A DNA stretch of 53,261 nt from Candidatus Poribacteria bacterium. Lineage in GTDB: Bacteria > Poribacteria > WGA-4E > WGA-3G. Shown piece after piece: positions 1 through 8,254 of the stretch. The translations under genes were made by a program, and so were the position numbers. The stretch is taken from contig JAJECD010000218.1 of NCBI GenBank assembly GCA_022822215.1, positions 1-53,261 of the forward strand, written 5' to 3'. Position 1 is the first letter of the stretch; every line of letters starts with the position of its first letter. The notes beneath the pieces are model-generated. The model saw only the letters and a list, made by a program, of their open reading frames with translations, searched no databases and was not told the DNA's origin.

Positions 1-255
1 TTCGATTTTCAAACGCGCATATCCCGTGTGTTCGCTCTCGGCACCGATATATTCCAGGGGTTTCCATGCGATGCTGAGAATATCGCTATCTGGAGCGTCT
101 GGGTTCCGCCCGGGTCTGCGGTCTTCAGCATTTGGAAAATGCGTATCGTAGATAACTTTTATCATTTTCTGAACCACACCTGCGACGGTGAGGAGGGTGC
201 GAGGTTTATTTTTCAGTTGCACCGCATGGGTTTCTAAAGTATACTGGAGTTCCAT
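1..255 (-). CDS. 5' part of an ORF running off the left edge; possible IS-type (IS4/IS5-like) transposase N-terminus
   Basis: Not in the ORF track because there is no stop in the window. ATG at 255..253 with AAAGGAG 8 nt upstream. 85 open codons: MELQYTLETHAVQLKNKPRTLLTVAGVVQKMIKVIYDTHFPNAEDRRPGRNPDAPDSDILSIAWKPLEYIGAESEHTGYARLKIE. The RPGRxP...SDxDIL...LEYxGxxSE stretch resembles the conserved N-terminal segment of many DDE transposases. Family call is by eye only. Confidence 0.35.
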   Translation of the reverse strand, partial: MELQYTLETHAVQLKNKPRTLLTVAGVVQKMIKVIYDTHFPNAEDRRPGRNPDAPDSDILSIAWKPLEYIGAESEHTGYARLKIE

Positions 256-344
256 CCTTATGTCTCCTTTCGAGTGTTGTGTAACTCATAAGGATAGCAT
301 AAGGATGGACTTCTTCAAATAGCAAAAATAATTAGCACAAGTCG

Positions 345-440
345 TTACCTTAGAGTGAACACACGGTTGTGACACGCCACTATCTCGGTGAAATGACAAC
401 GAAGGAGATAGGTAACTTCTTAGGTGTGTCGGTAAACATA
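345..440 (+). pseudogene. Remnant of an ECF sigma-factor region 4 (HTH), about 95 nt
   Basis: DNA and peptide (..HYLGEMTTKEIGNFLGVSVNIV) are clearly homologous to 2318..2410 (..LYYLGELTTKEIGKYLGVSADTI). Homology stops abruptly on both sides. No region 2 and no complete ORF. Confidence 0.55.
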
Positions 441-471
441 GTTATCCTGTTTGTGTTGATGGGAGGGATCA

Positions 472-1563
472 ATGATGTTCAAAACGCGCCAGTATCCACG
501 ATGGATTATTGTAGGATGGACTGTTGCAGTTCTATTTTTCGTCTTAATAGAAAGCATTGTTGCGGACGGATGGGAGATTATCTCTCAACTTCCAACACCG
601 AGGTGGGGTTTTTCGACTACCGTCGTTGATGATGAGATTTATCTCATCGGCGGCACCCTTTTTGAAAATCGGAATGGTCCTTTTGGACTTTCAATTGTGG
701 AAGTCTATAATCCGCAGACCAATAGTTGGCGAAGAGTTGCGGATATGCCAACGCCTCGATCACTCTCAGAGGCAGCGGGAGTGAATGGAAAAATCTATGC
801 CGCTGGTGGTTATAGCGCGATAGACAGACGTATTGCAAATACTAAGATTCTGAAAGTCGTTGAGGTGTACGATCCGCAAACCGATATGTGGATCAGAAAA
901 CAAGACATGTCCATTCCTCGTAGAGAGTTTGGCATCGGTGTGGTTGCTGGCGAAATCTATGTCATTGGTGGATCACTGAATTTCTTTGAGGAACCATGGC
1001 GACTCGATCATATGGAAGTCTACAGCCCTGCCAGGGATACTTGGGCAAAGCGAGCAAAGATGCCAACCAGACGCTCTGGTGTTGAGGCAGCGGTTGTTCG
1101 GGACACTATTTACTGCATCGGCGGATCCGGGTGGCCGCCAGTAGACCGTGGGGGACCTGTGCTTGCCACTGTTGAAGCGTACCATCCCCAAACGAACCGA
1201 TGGCGTAAGAAACCTGACCTGGCGAATCTCAAAACTGGATTTTCGACGGTTGTCGTTGATGATGAAATCTATCTCATTGGAGGTCACGGAGGTGTTGTGT
1301 TTGAAGAGTACTTAGCGACGGTAGAAATCTATAACCCAAGGACTGAGAGATGGAAGGTAGGTGTACCAATGCCAACTGGAAATACTCCCTTTGGTGCCGC
1401 GACAGTCAACGGCAAAATTTATATCCTTGGCAGCGAAAGAGAGAACAGAGAACTTTCGCTGGATATTGAGGTGTTTGATACTGGGTTTCGCGCTGTCACA
1501 GTGATCGGTAAACTGTCTACACGTTGGGGTGAACTTAAAGCGCAACACTTAACCCAACCTTAG
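472..1563 (+). CDS. Secreted Kelch-repeat beta-propeller protein (about 6 blades) with C-terminal GKLSTRWGELK tag
   Basis: GGGAGGG RBS. N-terminal hydrophobic signal/anchor. Repeated IYLIGG / IYAAGG / IYVIGG / IYCIGG plus Y(N/D)PxTxxW blade signatures. Confidence 0.85.
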   Translation: MMFKTRQYPRWIIVGWTVAVLFFVLIESIVADGWEIISQLPTPRWGFSTTVVDDEIYLIGGTLFENRNGPFGLSIVEVYNPQTNSWRRVADMPTPRSLSEAAGVNGKIYAAGGYSAIDRRIANTKILKVVEVYDPQTDMWIRKQDMSIPRREFGIGVVAGEIYVIGGSLNFFEEPWRLDHMEVYSPARDTWAKRAKMPTRRSGVEAAVVRDTIYCIGGSGWPPVDRGGPVLATVEAYHPQTNRWRKKPDLANLKTGFSTVVVDDEIYLIGGHGGVVFEEYLATVEIYNPRTERWKVGVPMPTGNTPFGAATVNGKIYILGSERENRELSLDIEVFDTGFRAVTVIGKLSTRWGELKAQHLTQP

Positions 1564-1623
1564 ATATCTAACCACTTGTAGCCGATTTTTTTACGTCTTA
1601 GAGATTGTTCGTATTAACAAAAC

Positions 1624-2065
1624 ATGGAGAAATTACCGATGTTGAACGTAATGACTTCTAAAAAAATTATGGTTATTGTTGTCTTCATTTTCTTGCTTAT
1701 GCAAATGGAAGCTCTTGCTGGTGGGGATTGGGAATTGATAACTGAGTTGTCAACTAAGAGACTCGCTTTCGCTACTGCTGTTGTAGAAGGGAAAATTTAT
1801 CTTATCGGTGGTACCCTATGAGTATTTAGCGACGGTGGATGTATATAATCCACAGAAAGAGGCGTGGCGCGATATTCCAGCAACACCAATACCACTTTTA
1901 TCTCATGGTGCAGCGGCGGTTAACGGCAAAATCTATGTTTTCGCAGGTTATCAACAAGGTGGGGTACTTTTTTCAGACGTTTTCGTATTTGATACCGGAT
2001 TTCATGCCGTTGAAGCAAAAGACAAACTTTCCACGCGCTGGGGAGAACTCAAAGTAGGGCAGTAG
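1624..2065 (+). pseudogene. Collapsed Kelch paralog (signal peptide and blade 1 joined out of frame to the last blade)
   Basis: ORF 1624..1821 ends ..GKIYLIGGTL*. ORF 1808..2065, in another frame, continues PYEYLATVDVYNPQ..GKIYVFAG..DKLSTRWGELKVGQ. This mirrors IYLIGGHGGVVFEEYLATVEIYNP in the intact neighbour. Confidence 0.7.
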
Positions 2066-2181
2066 AAACATCCTTATAGAGACTGAAATCATTTACAACT
2101 GTCTAAATTTGTGAAAACTGGAGATTCTTGTGAAGAAATACATATGAATCAGAGGATGTTTCAACTGACAATGCGATGTAA

Positions 2182-2634
2182 TTGCTGGAGGATGCACCAA
2201 TGACAGGAGAAGGACTATCTTCACATACTCGTTATATACCAGAGCGGTGTACGACGAATGCAAGCGAGGATAGCTATAAACTCGTGAAAAAAACGCTGGA
2301 AAGACTGCCAGAGAACGAGCAAACGGTCGTCACACTCTATTATCTCGGCGAACTGACAACCAAAGAGATTGGGAAATACTTAGGTGTGTCAGCGGATACA
2401 ATTGCAAGTAGGCTTCAGCGGGCGCGAAAACTTTTGCAAAAGGATGAGTTGCACCTCATTCAAGAAGTGTTCGGTGGTGTGCAAATATCTGAAAATGTAA
2501 CGAAGAACGTTATGAGACAGGTCGCCGCTATGAAATCGACCCCCTTTTCAGTGAGGAGGCGGTTCCTTTTTATTTTTTCAACAATTTTGGTAATCGCAAT
2601 GATAGTTGCTTTAGTGATCAAACTGCTATGGTAG
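2182..2634 (+). CDS. Sigma-70 region-4-only HTH protein with a C-terminal TM helix (truncated ECF sigma, or sigma/anti-sigma-like remnant)
   Basis: LPENEQTVVTLYYLGELTTKEIGKYLGVSADTIASRLQRARKLL is a region 4.2 HTH. C-terminal FLFIFSTILVIAMIVALVIKLLW is a TM segment. No region 2 upstream. The likelier start is the ATG at 2200, after GGAGG. Confidence 0.5.
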   Translation: MLEDAPMTGEGLSSHTRYIPERCTTNASEDSYKLVKKTLERLPENEQTVVTLYYLGELTTKEIGKYLGVSADTIASRLQRARKLLQKDELHLIQEVFGGVQISENVTKNVMRQVAAMKSTPFSVRRRFLFIFSTILVIAMIVALVIKLLW

Positions 2635-2661
2635 ATTTTAGAATTACTGATACATGCGCTT

Positions 2662-2688
2662 GTAGGGGCTGGGTTACCCAGCCCCTAC
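2662..2688. repeat. GTAGG...CCTAC palindromic (REP-like) hairpin, 13-bp arms
   Basis: GTAGGGGCTGGGT-t-ACCCAGCCCCTAC. Related copies at 21718..21741 and 17320..17346. Confidence 0.8.
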
Positions 2689-2918
2689 GGGTACGGTTGA
2701 GTGTATAGACAATTATGGGCTTTACTATAACAGACATGGCGAGGTATTGTCCCAGCTATCCTTCCCTGCTTCCATCCACCGTTCATTCCTAACAAACTCC
2801 CCCAATACGCCAAATAACTGCCGACAACCTGAAACTCTGATAGTTATAAAATTTTGCCATCCACAACCGACCGCTGAAAGCCGAAAATTGAATGCGTCTG
2901 GCATTCTTGAGATTTTTC

Positions 2919-2947
2919 TTGACTACACGCCACTTTTCGTGTAAAAT
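2919..2947 (+). promoter_or_regulatory. Sigma70-type promoter upstream of ruvX
   Basis: TTGACT (2919..2924), 17-nt spacer, TAAAAT (2942..2947), about 80 nt upstream of the ruvX ATG. Confidence 0.5.
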
Positions 2948-3029
2948 TTCTAAGAGTGATGTTGTCGGACTTATAATTTCTTGATGGCGTTAGAAGAATG
3001 CCTCGAAAATTGAGATAGAGGAAACGGTT

Positions 3030-3476
3030 ATGGCGATTTTACTTGGCTTAGACATCGGAGATACACGCATTGGGGTCGCAATCAGTGATGCACTTGGCGT
3101 TGCGGCGCACCCGCTGTGTACGCTGACTCGGAAAAATCGCCAAGTCGATCTAATTGTTATCTCAGACCTCGTCTCTATTCACGAAGTTGAGTGTGTGGTC
3201 ATCGGTCTCCCTATTTCACTTGATGGCTCTCTGGGTCCGCAGGCGGAGACGGTTCAGAAGTTTGCGAAACGCTTAGAAGGTGTACTTGACGTTCCGATTG
3301 CGTTTCAGGACGAACGCTTCACGACTGCTGAAGCGGAAGAGATTCTGCGTGAACTTGGCAAAGACGCAAGGGAACAAAAGGGGATCATAGATGAGGTGGC
3401 GGCGGTCCTGATTCTCAAAGATTATATGAATCGCTGTCAGGAGAGTGTTTCTCCAGCGTCGGTAGAGAACGTCTAA
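3030..3476 (+). CDS. ruvX: Holliday-junction-resolvase-like / pre-16S rRNA nuclease YqgF
   Basis: LGLDIGDTRIGVAISD N-terminus, size 148 aa, and typical YqgF layout directly upstream of mltG. Confidence 0.85.
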   Translation: MAILLGLDIGDTRIGVAISDALGVAAHPLCTLTRKNRQVDLIVISDLVSIHEVECVVIGLPISLDGSLGPQAETVQKFAKRLEGVLDVPIAFQDERFTTAEAEEILRELGKDAREQKGIIDEVAAVLILKDYMNRCQESVSPASVENV

Positions 3477-3486
3477 TTTCATTTGG

Positions 3487-4551
3487 ATGTTGGGCTATTG
3501 GGATGTCGCTCCTGCGAGACAAATGTTGACGATGAAAAGAATCGGAAAGATGAGAATAGCTTTATTAACGTTGTGTAGCCTTGCTATTCTTTGCCTTGTT
3601 GTCTCGTTGATAGGGGTGTTTTTGATGTCCGCTCCGTCTCCTTCAGGCGTTGTTGTCAATTTCGATATACCGACTGGGAGCAATTCGCGAACGATCGCGA
3701 AACAGTTGGCTGCAGAAAAGTTAATCCGAAGTGAATATGCTTTTCGTTTGCTTGTTCGACACAGGGAAATAGGTAGACGTTTGCAGGCGGGAACTTATAT
3801 CCTACAGCGGAATATGTCTCTATCAGATATACTTGATGCGTTTGAGAAGGGACAGGTTACGCTTGTGAGTTGGACGGTGCCAGAAGGCTTAACAGTAGCC
3901 GCGATCGCGAAACTTTGGGAAGCCACTGGCTTTGGGACTGCTACGGCGTTTGAGGAAGCCACCGAAGCCGATGGTTTATTGGAACGGTATGGGATACCTG
4001 AAGACAAAACGGTGGAGGGGTATCTGTTTCCGAATACCTACAAGTTTGCGAAAGGCACAACGGTAGAGAAAGTTGTTGAGATGATGCTTGGTGAATTTGA
4101 AAAGCGTTGGAGTGAGACGTTTGATGTTGAGGTGCGCGATTTGGGGCGGACCCGTCATGAGATTGTAACGCTTGCTTCGATTATTGAAAAAGAGGCGCAG
4201 TCGGCATCAGAACGCCCTCGGATTTCGAGCGTTTTTCATAACCGGCTCAAACGGAATTGGCGGCTTCAGGCGGATCCAACGGTGCTTTACGCCTTAGGAA
4301 ACCCGGAACGCCTTCTGACGAGAGCGGATCTGAGTGTGGATTCGCCTTATAACACATACAAGTCTAAAGGTTTACCGCCGGGTCCGATTGCGAATCCGGG
4401 GATTGATTCAATCATGGCAGCGCTGCGTCCCGAAAAAACAGATTATCTTTATTTTGTGGCAAGAGGCAAGGGAAAACATCATTTTTCAAAGACGCTTTCA
4501 GAACATAATAGGATGGTGAGAAAAATGCGGCGTGCCTCTCGGAACCGGTAG
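3487..4551 (+). CDS. mltG: Endolytic murein transglycosylase MltG (YceG-like)
   Basis: N-terminal TM anchor, YLFPNTYKF, ASIIEKEA and LQADPTVLYA motifs. The start could instead be the ATG at 3532 (MKRIGK..). Confidence 0.85.
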   Translation: MLGYWDVAPARQMLTMKRIGKMRIALLTLCSLAILCLVVSLIGVFLMSAPSPSGVVVNFDIPTGSNSRTIAKQLAAEKLIRSEYAFRLLVRHREIGRRLQAGTYILQRNMSLSDILDAFEKGQVTLVSWTVPEGLTVAAIAKLWEATGFGTATAFEEATEADGLLERYGIPEDKTVEGYLFPNTYKFAKGTTVEKVVEMMLGEFEKRWSETFDVEVRDLGRTRHEIVTLASIIEKEAQSASERPRISSVFHNRLKRNWRLQADPTVLYALGNPERLLTRADLSVDSPYNTYKSKGLPPGPIANPGIDSIMAALRPEKTDYLYFVARGKGKHHFSKTLSEHNRMVRKMRRASRNR

Positions 4552-4695
4552 TTTAAACGATTGCTTCTGAGCTGCTGTGTCCGTTGTCCTGGCAGTTTTT
4601 TAATCGTTAACGAACCGTCTAAAACCTGAAATAGATTTTACCAATTTTGTGTCCGCGCCGACAACGGAGGCACGGCCCATATTGAATAGGGAAAA

Positions 4696-5982
4696 ATGAC
4701 AAAGGCAGATTCACAGCAGACGATTCAAGGGGAAATAACAATTACGGGAAAGGGGTTAATGTTAGGGGAACCTGTAACACTAACCTTGAAACCCGCAGCA
4801 GCAGACTTTGGGATTGTCTTTCGGCGTATCGATATAGCGGACGCGCCAGAAATAAAGGTGTGTCCCGATAATTGGGCAGACGTTCTACCAAGATGCACCA
4901 GTTTACGCAGTGGTGAGGCGACGGTTAGCAGTGTGGAACATATCCTCTCTGCGCTTGGTGGCTTAGGTGTTGATAACGCAATAATCGAATTGGACGCACC
5001 AGAGCCGCCGGGGCTTGATGGTGGCGCGAATCGGTATGTTGAAGATATTCAAGCCGCAGGGCTTGTTCCACAGGATGCCCAACGCAACTATATTGAGGTT
5101 GCTGAACCATTTTCACTTTCTGCTGGGGATAGGCAGCTCGTTTTACTTCCCGCTGACGCGCTGGCGGTAACTTTTGTTTATGCGCATCCGCAAACGAACT
5201 CGCAAGTCTTAACCCTTGAAATAACGCCGGAGTCTTATGCACGTGATATTGCACCGGCTCGAAGTTTCTGTTTTGAGAATGAAATTGAAGCCCTTCAGGC
5301 ACTCGGTATCGGTAAAGGCGCGAGTTATGATAATGTCCTCGTTATCAATGAGAGTGGAGAACCCAGTGTACCACTCCGGTTTGAAGATGAGTTTGTCCGA
5401 CACAAAATCCTTGATTTGATTGGGGATCTTTATTTGGCCGGTCGTTTGCCAAAGGCGCAGGTTATCGCGATGCGGACGGGACATACGTTCCATGCGGAAT
5501 TTGTGCAAGCCCTCGCTGAAGCTGGACATCTTCAACAGGTGCCCGTTCAGGAACCTATTGAGGTGATGGATATTTATGAAGTGTTACCGCATCGCCATCC
5601 GATGTGTATGGTCGATAGGGTCATTGAATATGAAAGTAAAAAGCGTGCTGTTGGTATCAAGAACGTGACGTATAACGAGCCTATTTTTGAAGGACATTTC
5701 CCCACGCAGCCTGTGATGCCGGGCGTGCTACAGATTGAGGCACTTGCACAACTTGCGGCGTGGCTTGTGCTACGGGATATCGGTAAGGAAGGCGAACTCG
5801 GTTATTTTCGCTCTATCAGCAAGGCGACGTTTCGTCGTGCCGTTATTCCGGGGGATCAGCTTCGGTTGGAGATAGAGGTGGCGCAGCTAAGGAGCAGGAT
5901 TGCACGCATCGAAGGGCGCGTTTATGTCGGCGATCAACTTGCCACAGAGGCGGAACTCTCAATCGTATTAGCGTCTGTTTGA
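4696..5982 (+). CDS. lpxC: Bifunctional UDP-3-O-acyl-GlcNAc deacetylase / 3-hydroxyacyl-ACP dehydratase (LpxC-FabZ fusion)
   Basis: LpxC motifs SVEHILSAL and FVRHKILDLIGDLYL. FabZ motifs LPHRHPMCMVDRV and FEGHFPTQPVMPGVL sit in the C-terminal ~140 aa. Confidence 0.9.
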   Translation: MTKADSQQTIQGEITITGKGLMLGEPVTLTLKPAAADFGIVFRRIDIADAPEIKVCPDNWADVLPRCTSLRSGEATVSSVEHILSALGGLGVDNAIIELDAPEPPGLDGGANRYVEDIQAAGLVPQDAQRNYIEVAEPFSLSAGDRQLVLLPADALAVTFVYAHPQTNSQVLTLEITPESYARDIAPARSFCFENEIEALQALGIGKGASYDNVLVINESGEPSVPLRFEDEFVRHKILDLIGDLYLAGRLPKAQVIAMRTGHTFHAEFVQALAEAGHLQQVPVQEPIEVMDIYEVLPHRHPMCMVDRVIEYESKKRAVGIKNVTYNEPIFEGHFPTQPVMPGVLQIEALAQLAAWLVLRDIGKEGELGYFRSISKATFRRAVIPGDQLRLEIEVAQLRSRIARIEGRVYVGDQLATEAELSIVLASV

Positions 5983-6052
5983 ACTATAGTCCTTATTAAG
6001 ATTAACTGGCAGACCTTTTTGTATGGGATGGCGAGATTAGGAGGGAAATTTT

Positions 6053-6877
6053 GTGATAGAAACTAACATTCACCCTACGGCTATTATCTCTCCAAAAGCG
6101 ACATTGGAAGAAGGGGTTAAGGTTGGACCGTACAGTCTTGTCGGTGAAGATGTTCATATCGGGCGTGGCACTGAGATTGGTCCACATGTTCAGATTGAGA
6201 AGTGGACGACTATCGGTGAGGCATGCAAAATCTACTTCGGTGCGACCATCGGTAATGAATCTAAAGACCTGAAATACGGGGGTTGGCGGAGTTATGTCAA
6301 GATTGGCAACCGCAATATACTTCGTGAGTACGTCTCTATTTCCAGATCAACGTTTGAGGAGGGTGCAACGGTCGTTGGGGACAACAATCTGTTGATGAAT
6401 TGGGTTAACCTTGCGCACGACACTATCGTCGGGAATAGGACGATTATGGCGAACTTTGTTTCACTGGCTGGGCATGTTGTAATTGAAGATGATGTTCGGT
6501 TGGGCGCGCATGCAGCGTTGCACCAATATGTCCGCGTTGGTAAGATGGCGATGGCGGGCGGTTTCTCGAAAATTGTTCAAGATATTCCACCGTTCGCGCT
6601 TTCTGCTGGGCAACCGGCGCGTGTGCGGAGTCTCAACCGACTCGGGATTCGGACCTCACGGATTAATCCTTTATCACAACTCACGCCTGAAGCACTGGCG
6701 GCACTCAAAAAAGCGTTTCGTATTTTGTTCCGCTCAGGACTCCCGCTCAGACATGCTGTCACCAGAGTCAAGGAGGAGCTCGAAACGACCCCGGAAGTTG
6801 AATATCTACTCCAATTTATCGAAACTTCTAAACGTGGTATTGGATTCAGCCAACCCAATCGTGTCTTGAGCAGCTGA
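6053..6877 (+). CDS. lpxA: Acyl-ACP--UDP-GlcNAc O-acyltransferase
   Basis: GTG start after GGAGGG. IHPTAII N-terminus, left-handed beta-helix hexapeptide repeats, helical C-terminal domain. Confidence 0.85.
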   Translation: MIETNIHPTAIISPKATLEEGVKVGPYSLVGEDVHIGRGTEIGPHVQIEKWTTIGEACKIYFGATIGNESKDLKYGGWRSYVKIGNRNILREYVSISRSTFEEGATVVGDNNLLMNWVNLAHDTIVGNRTIMANFVSLAGHVVIEDDVRLGAHAALHQYVRVGKMAMAGGFSKIVQDIPPFALSAGQPARVRSLNRLGIRTSRINPLSQLTPEALAALKKAFRILFRSGLPLRHAVTRVKEELETTPEVEYLLQFIETSKRGIGFSQPNRVLSS

Positions 6878-6915
6878 TTTCTCTTGGTACGACACCGATA
6901 CTGGGAGCGTAAGCG

Positions 6916-7719
6916 GTGGAAAAACTCGGTATTATTGCAGGCGCAGGCGAGCTGCCGGTGCTGTTGGCACGTGCCGCTGTTGCTCATGAACGACAACCTG
7001 TTATCGTCCAAATTACGAAATCTGACGCGCAGCGTTTTGCTGGGATCACCGATGAACTTCACACCTATGGCGTTGGTCAGATTCAAAAGATTGCCCGGAC
7101 GCTTCTTGATTCAGATGTAAAAGAGGTTGTAATTATCGGGAAAGTCGAAAAAAATATTCTACTCCGTCCATTTCAGATTGATGCGACGACCATCAGGATT
7201 TTAGTACAAAACCGACGTAAGAGACCCTCCGCTATTGTTAGCGCAGCACTTGCCTATCTTGAATCCGTTGGGCTGACAGTCCTCACCCAAGATCAGTATC
7301 TCCACCATCTTCTCCTACAACCCGGCGTTTTAACGGCGCGACAACCTACAGCAAATCAATGGGCAGATGTTGAACTCGGTATTCGTACCGCTCGTCAGAT
7401 AGCGAATATGGATATCGGGCAGACGGTTGTCGTTAAAAATCAGATTGTGATCGCTATGGAAGCCATTGAAGGGACGGATGTAACAATTCAGAGGGGTGGC
7501 AATTTGGGAAAGAAAGGAGTTGTGGTTGCGAAGGCATCGGCGGGGCACCACGATTTCCGTATTGATGTGCCAACGGTCGGTATGCAAACGCTAAAGGTGT
7601 TGCATCAGGTTGAAGCGAGTGTGCTTGCGGTGGAAGCACGACGCACTTTTGTTATGGACGTTGATGTGCTTGTTAAGGAAGCGGATCGGTGTAAGATCGC
7701 GCTTGTTGCTGTGGAATAG
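6916..7719 (+). CDS. lpxI: UDP-2,3-diacylglucosamine pyrophosphatase LpxI (DUF1009 family)
   Basis: LGIIAGAGELPVLLARAA N-terminus, ~267 aa, position directly after lpxA. Confidence 0.7.
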   Translation: MEKLGIIAGAGELPVLLARAAVAHERQPVIVQITKSDAQRFAGITDELHTYGVGQIQKIARTLLDSDVKEVVIIGKVEKNILLRPFQIDATTIRILVQNRRKRPSAIVSAALAYLESVGLTVLTQDQYLHHLLLQPGVLTARQPTANQWADVELGIRTARQIANMDIGQTVVVKNQIVIAMEAIEGTDVTIQRGGNLGKKGVVVAKASAGHHDFRIDVPTVGMQTLKVLHQVEASVLAVEARRTFVMDVDVLVKEADRCKIALVAVE

Positions 7720-7723
7720 CAGT

Positions 7724-7745
7724 CAGCGGTCAGAGCTGACCGCTG
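7724..7745. terminator. Perfect 10-bp inverted repeat between convergent lpxI and the selenoprotein gene (hairpin; no U-tract)
   Basis: CAGCGGTCAG-ag-CTGACCGCTG. Confidence 0.4.
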
Positions 7746-7766
7746 ATTGCCAATCGCCGATAGCCA

Positions 7767-8000
7767 TTATGCTGCTGCGTCTATAGCACTTGTTATCTGC
7801 TCTGTCGTCGGAAACTCTCGAGTTTTTAATTTTGAATAGAGCAGTGTCCGGTTTAACGAAACTTCAAAAGCCCCACCACTACCCGGAATTAAATCGACAG
7901 TTATAACCCCGGCACCATATTTCTGTTTCAAGGCATCTGCCAAACTGGCTGCCCGTGGTTGGTAGTTTCAAGCGGTGCAGTATTCAATCCTGACTTCCAT
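7767..8000 (-). CDS. SelW/Rdx-family thioredoxin-fold selenoprotein (CxxU), with in-frame UGA at 7970..7968
   Basis: GGAGGAG lies 6 nt upstream of the ATG (8000..7998). Read-through translation: MEVRIEYCTA-U-NYQPRAASLADALKQKYGAGVITVDLIPGSGGAFEVSLNRTLLYSKLKTREFPTTEQITSAIDAAA*. The pattern IEYCxxU..RA..L(x)nL.PG.GG.FEV..(x)nSK..(x)FP matches Rdx/SelW-like proteins. Absent from the ORF track because of the TGA. Confidence 0.75.
7931..7954 (-). promoter_or_regulatory. Candidate bacterial SECIS hairpin, 13 nt downstream of the UGA
   Basis: mRNA GGGCA-GCCA-GUU-UGGC-AGA-UGCCU: 5 bp + 4 bp stems, a 3-nt bulge, and a GU-containing apical loop. Confidence 0.5.
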
Positions 8001-8254
8001 GGGTTTCTCCTCCTGATTCATTTCTTGACGTTACCTATCAAAGTGAATTTCGATTCTTCCTTTTGAAATTCTATCATACATACTGAAAAATTGCAAATTT
8101 TTCGCGACTCGGAAGCGTTTTGTAGCGTAAACTGTTAGTTTGTGTGTCCGCGTGATTCCCGAATCTCAGATGAAAACAAAAGGCTTGCGTTGTGAGCGCA
8201 TTCCACTTATAATCTTTTCTACAAAATCTAAGTGGTACGAGGGAGATAAGAAAT

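Noticed and set aside
2747-2944. A 65-aa plus-strand ORF between the sigma-like gene and ruvX.
   Set aside because: It has no RBS and a low-complexity translation, and it overlaps the predicted ruvX promoter.
4565-4610. A possible intrinsic terminator after mltG (..CTGGCAGTTTTTT).
   Set aside because: Only a 4-bp CTGC/GCAG stem with a large loop can be drawn, which is not convincing without folding software.
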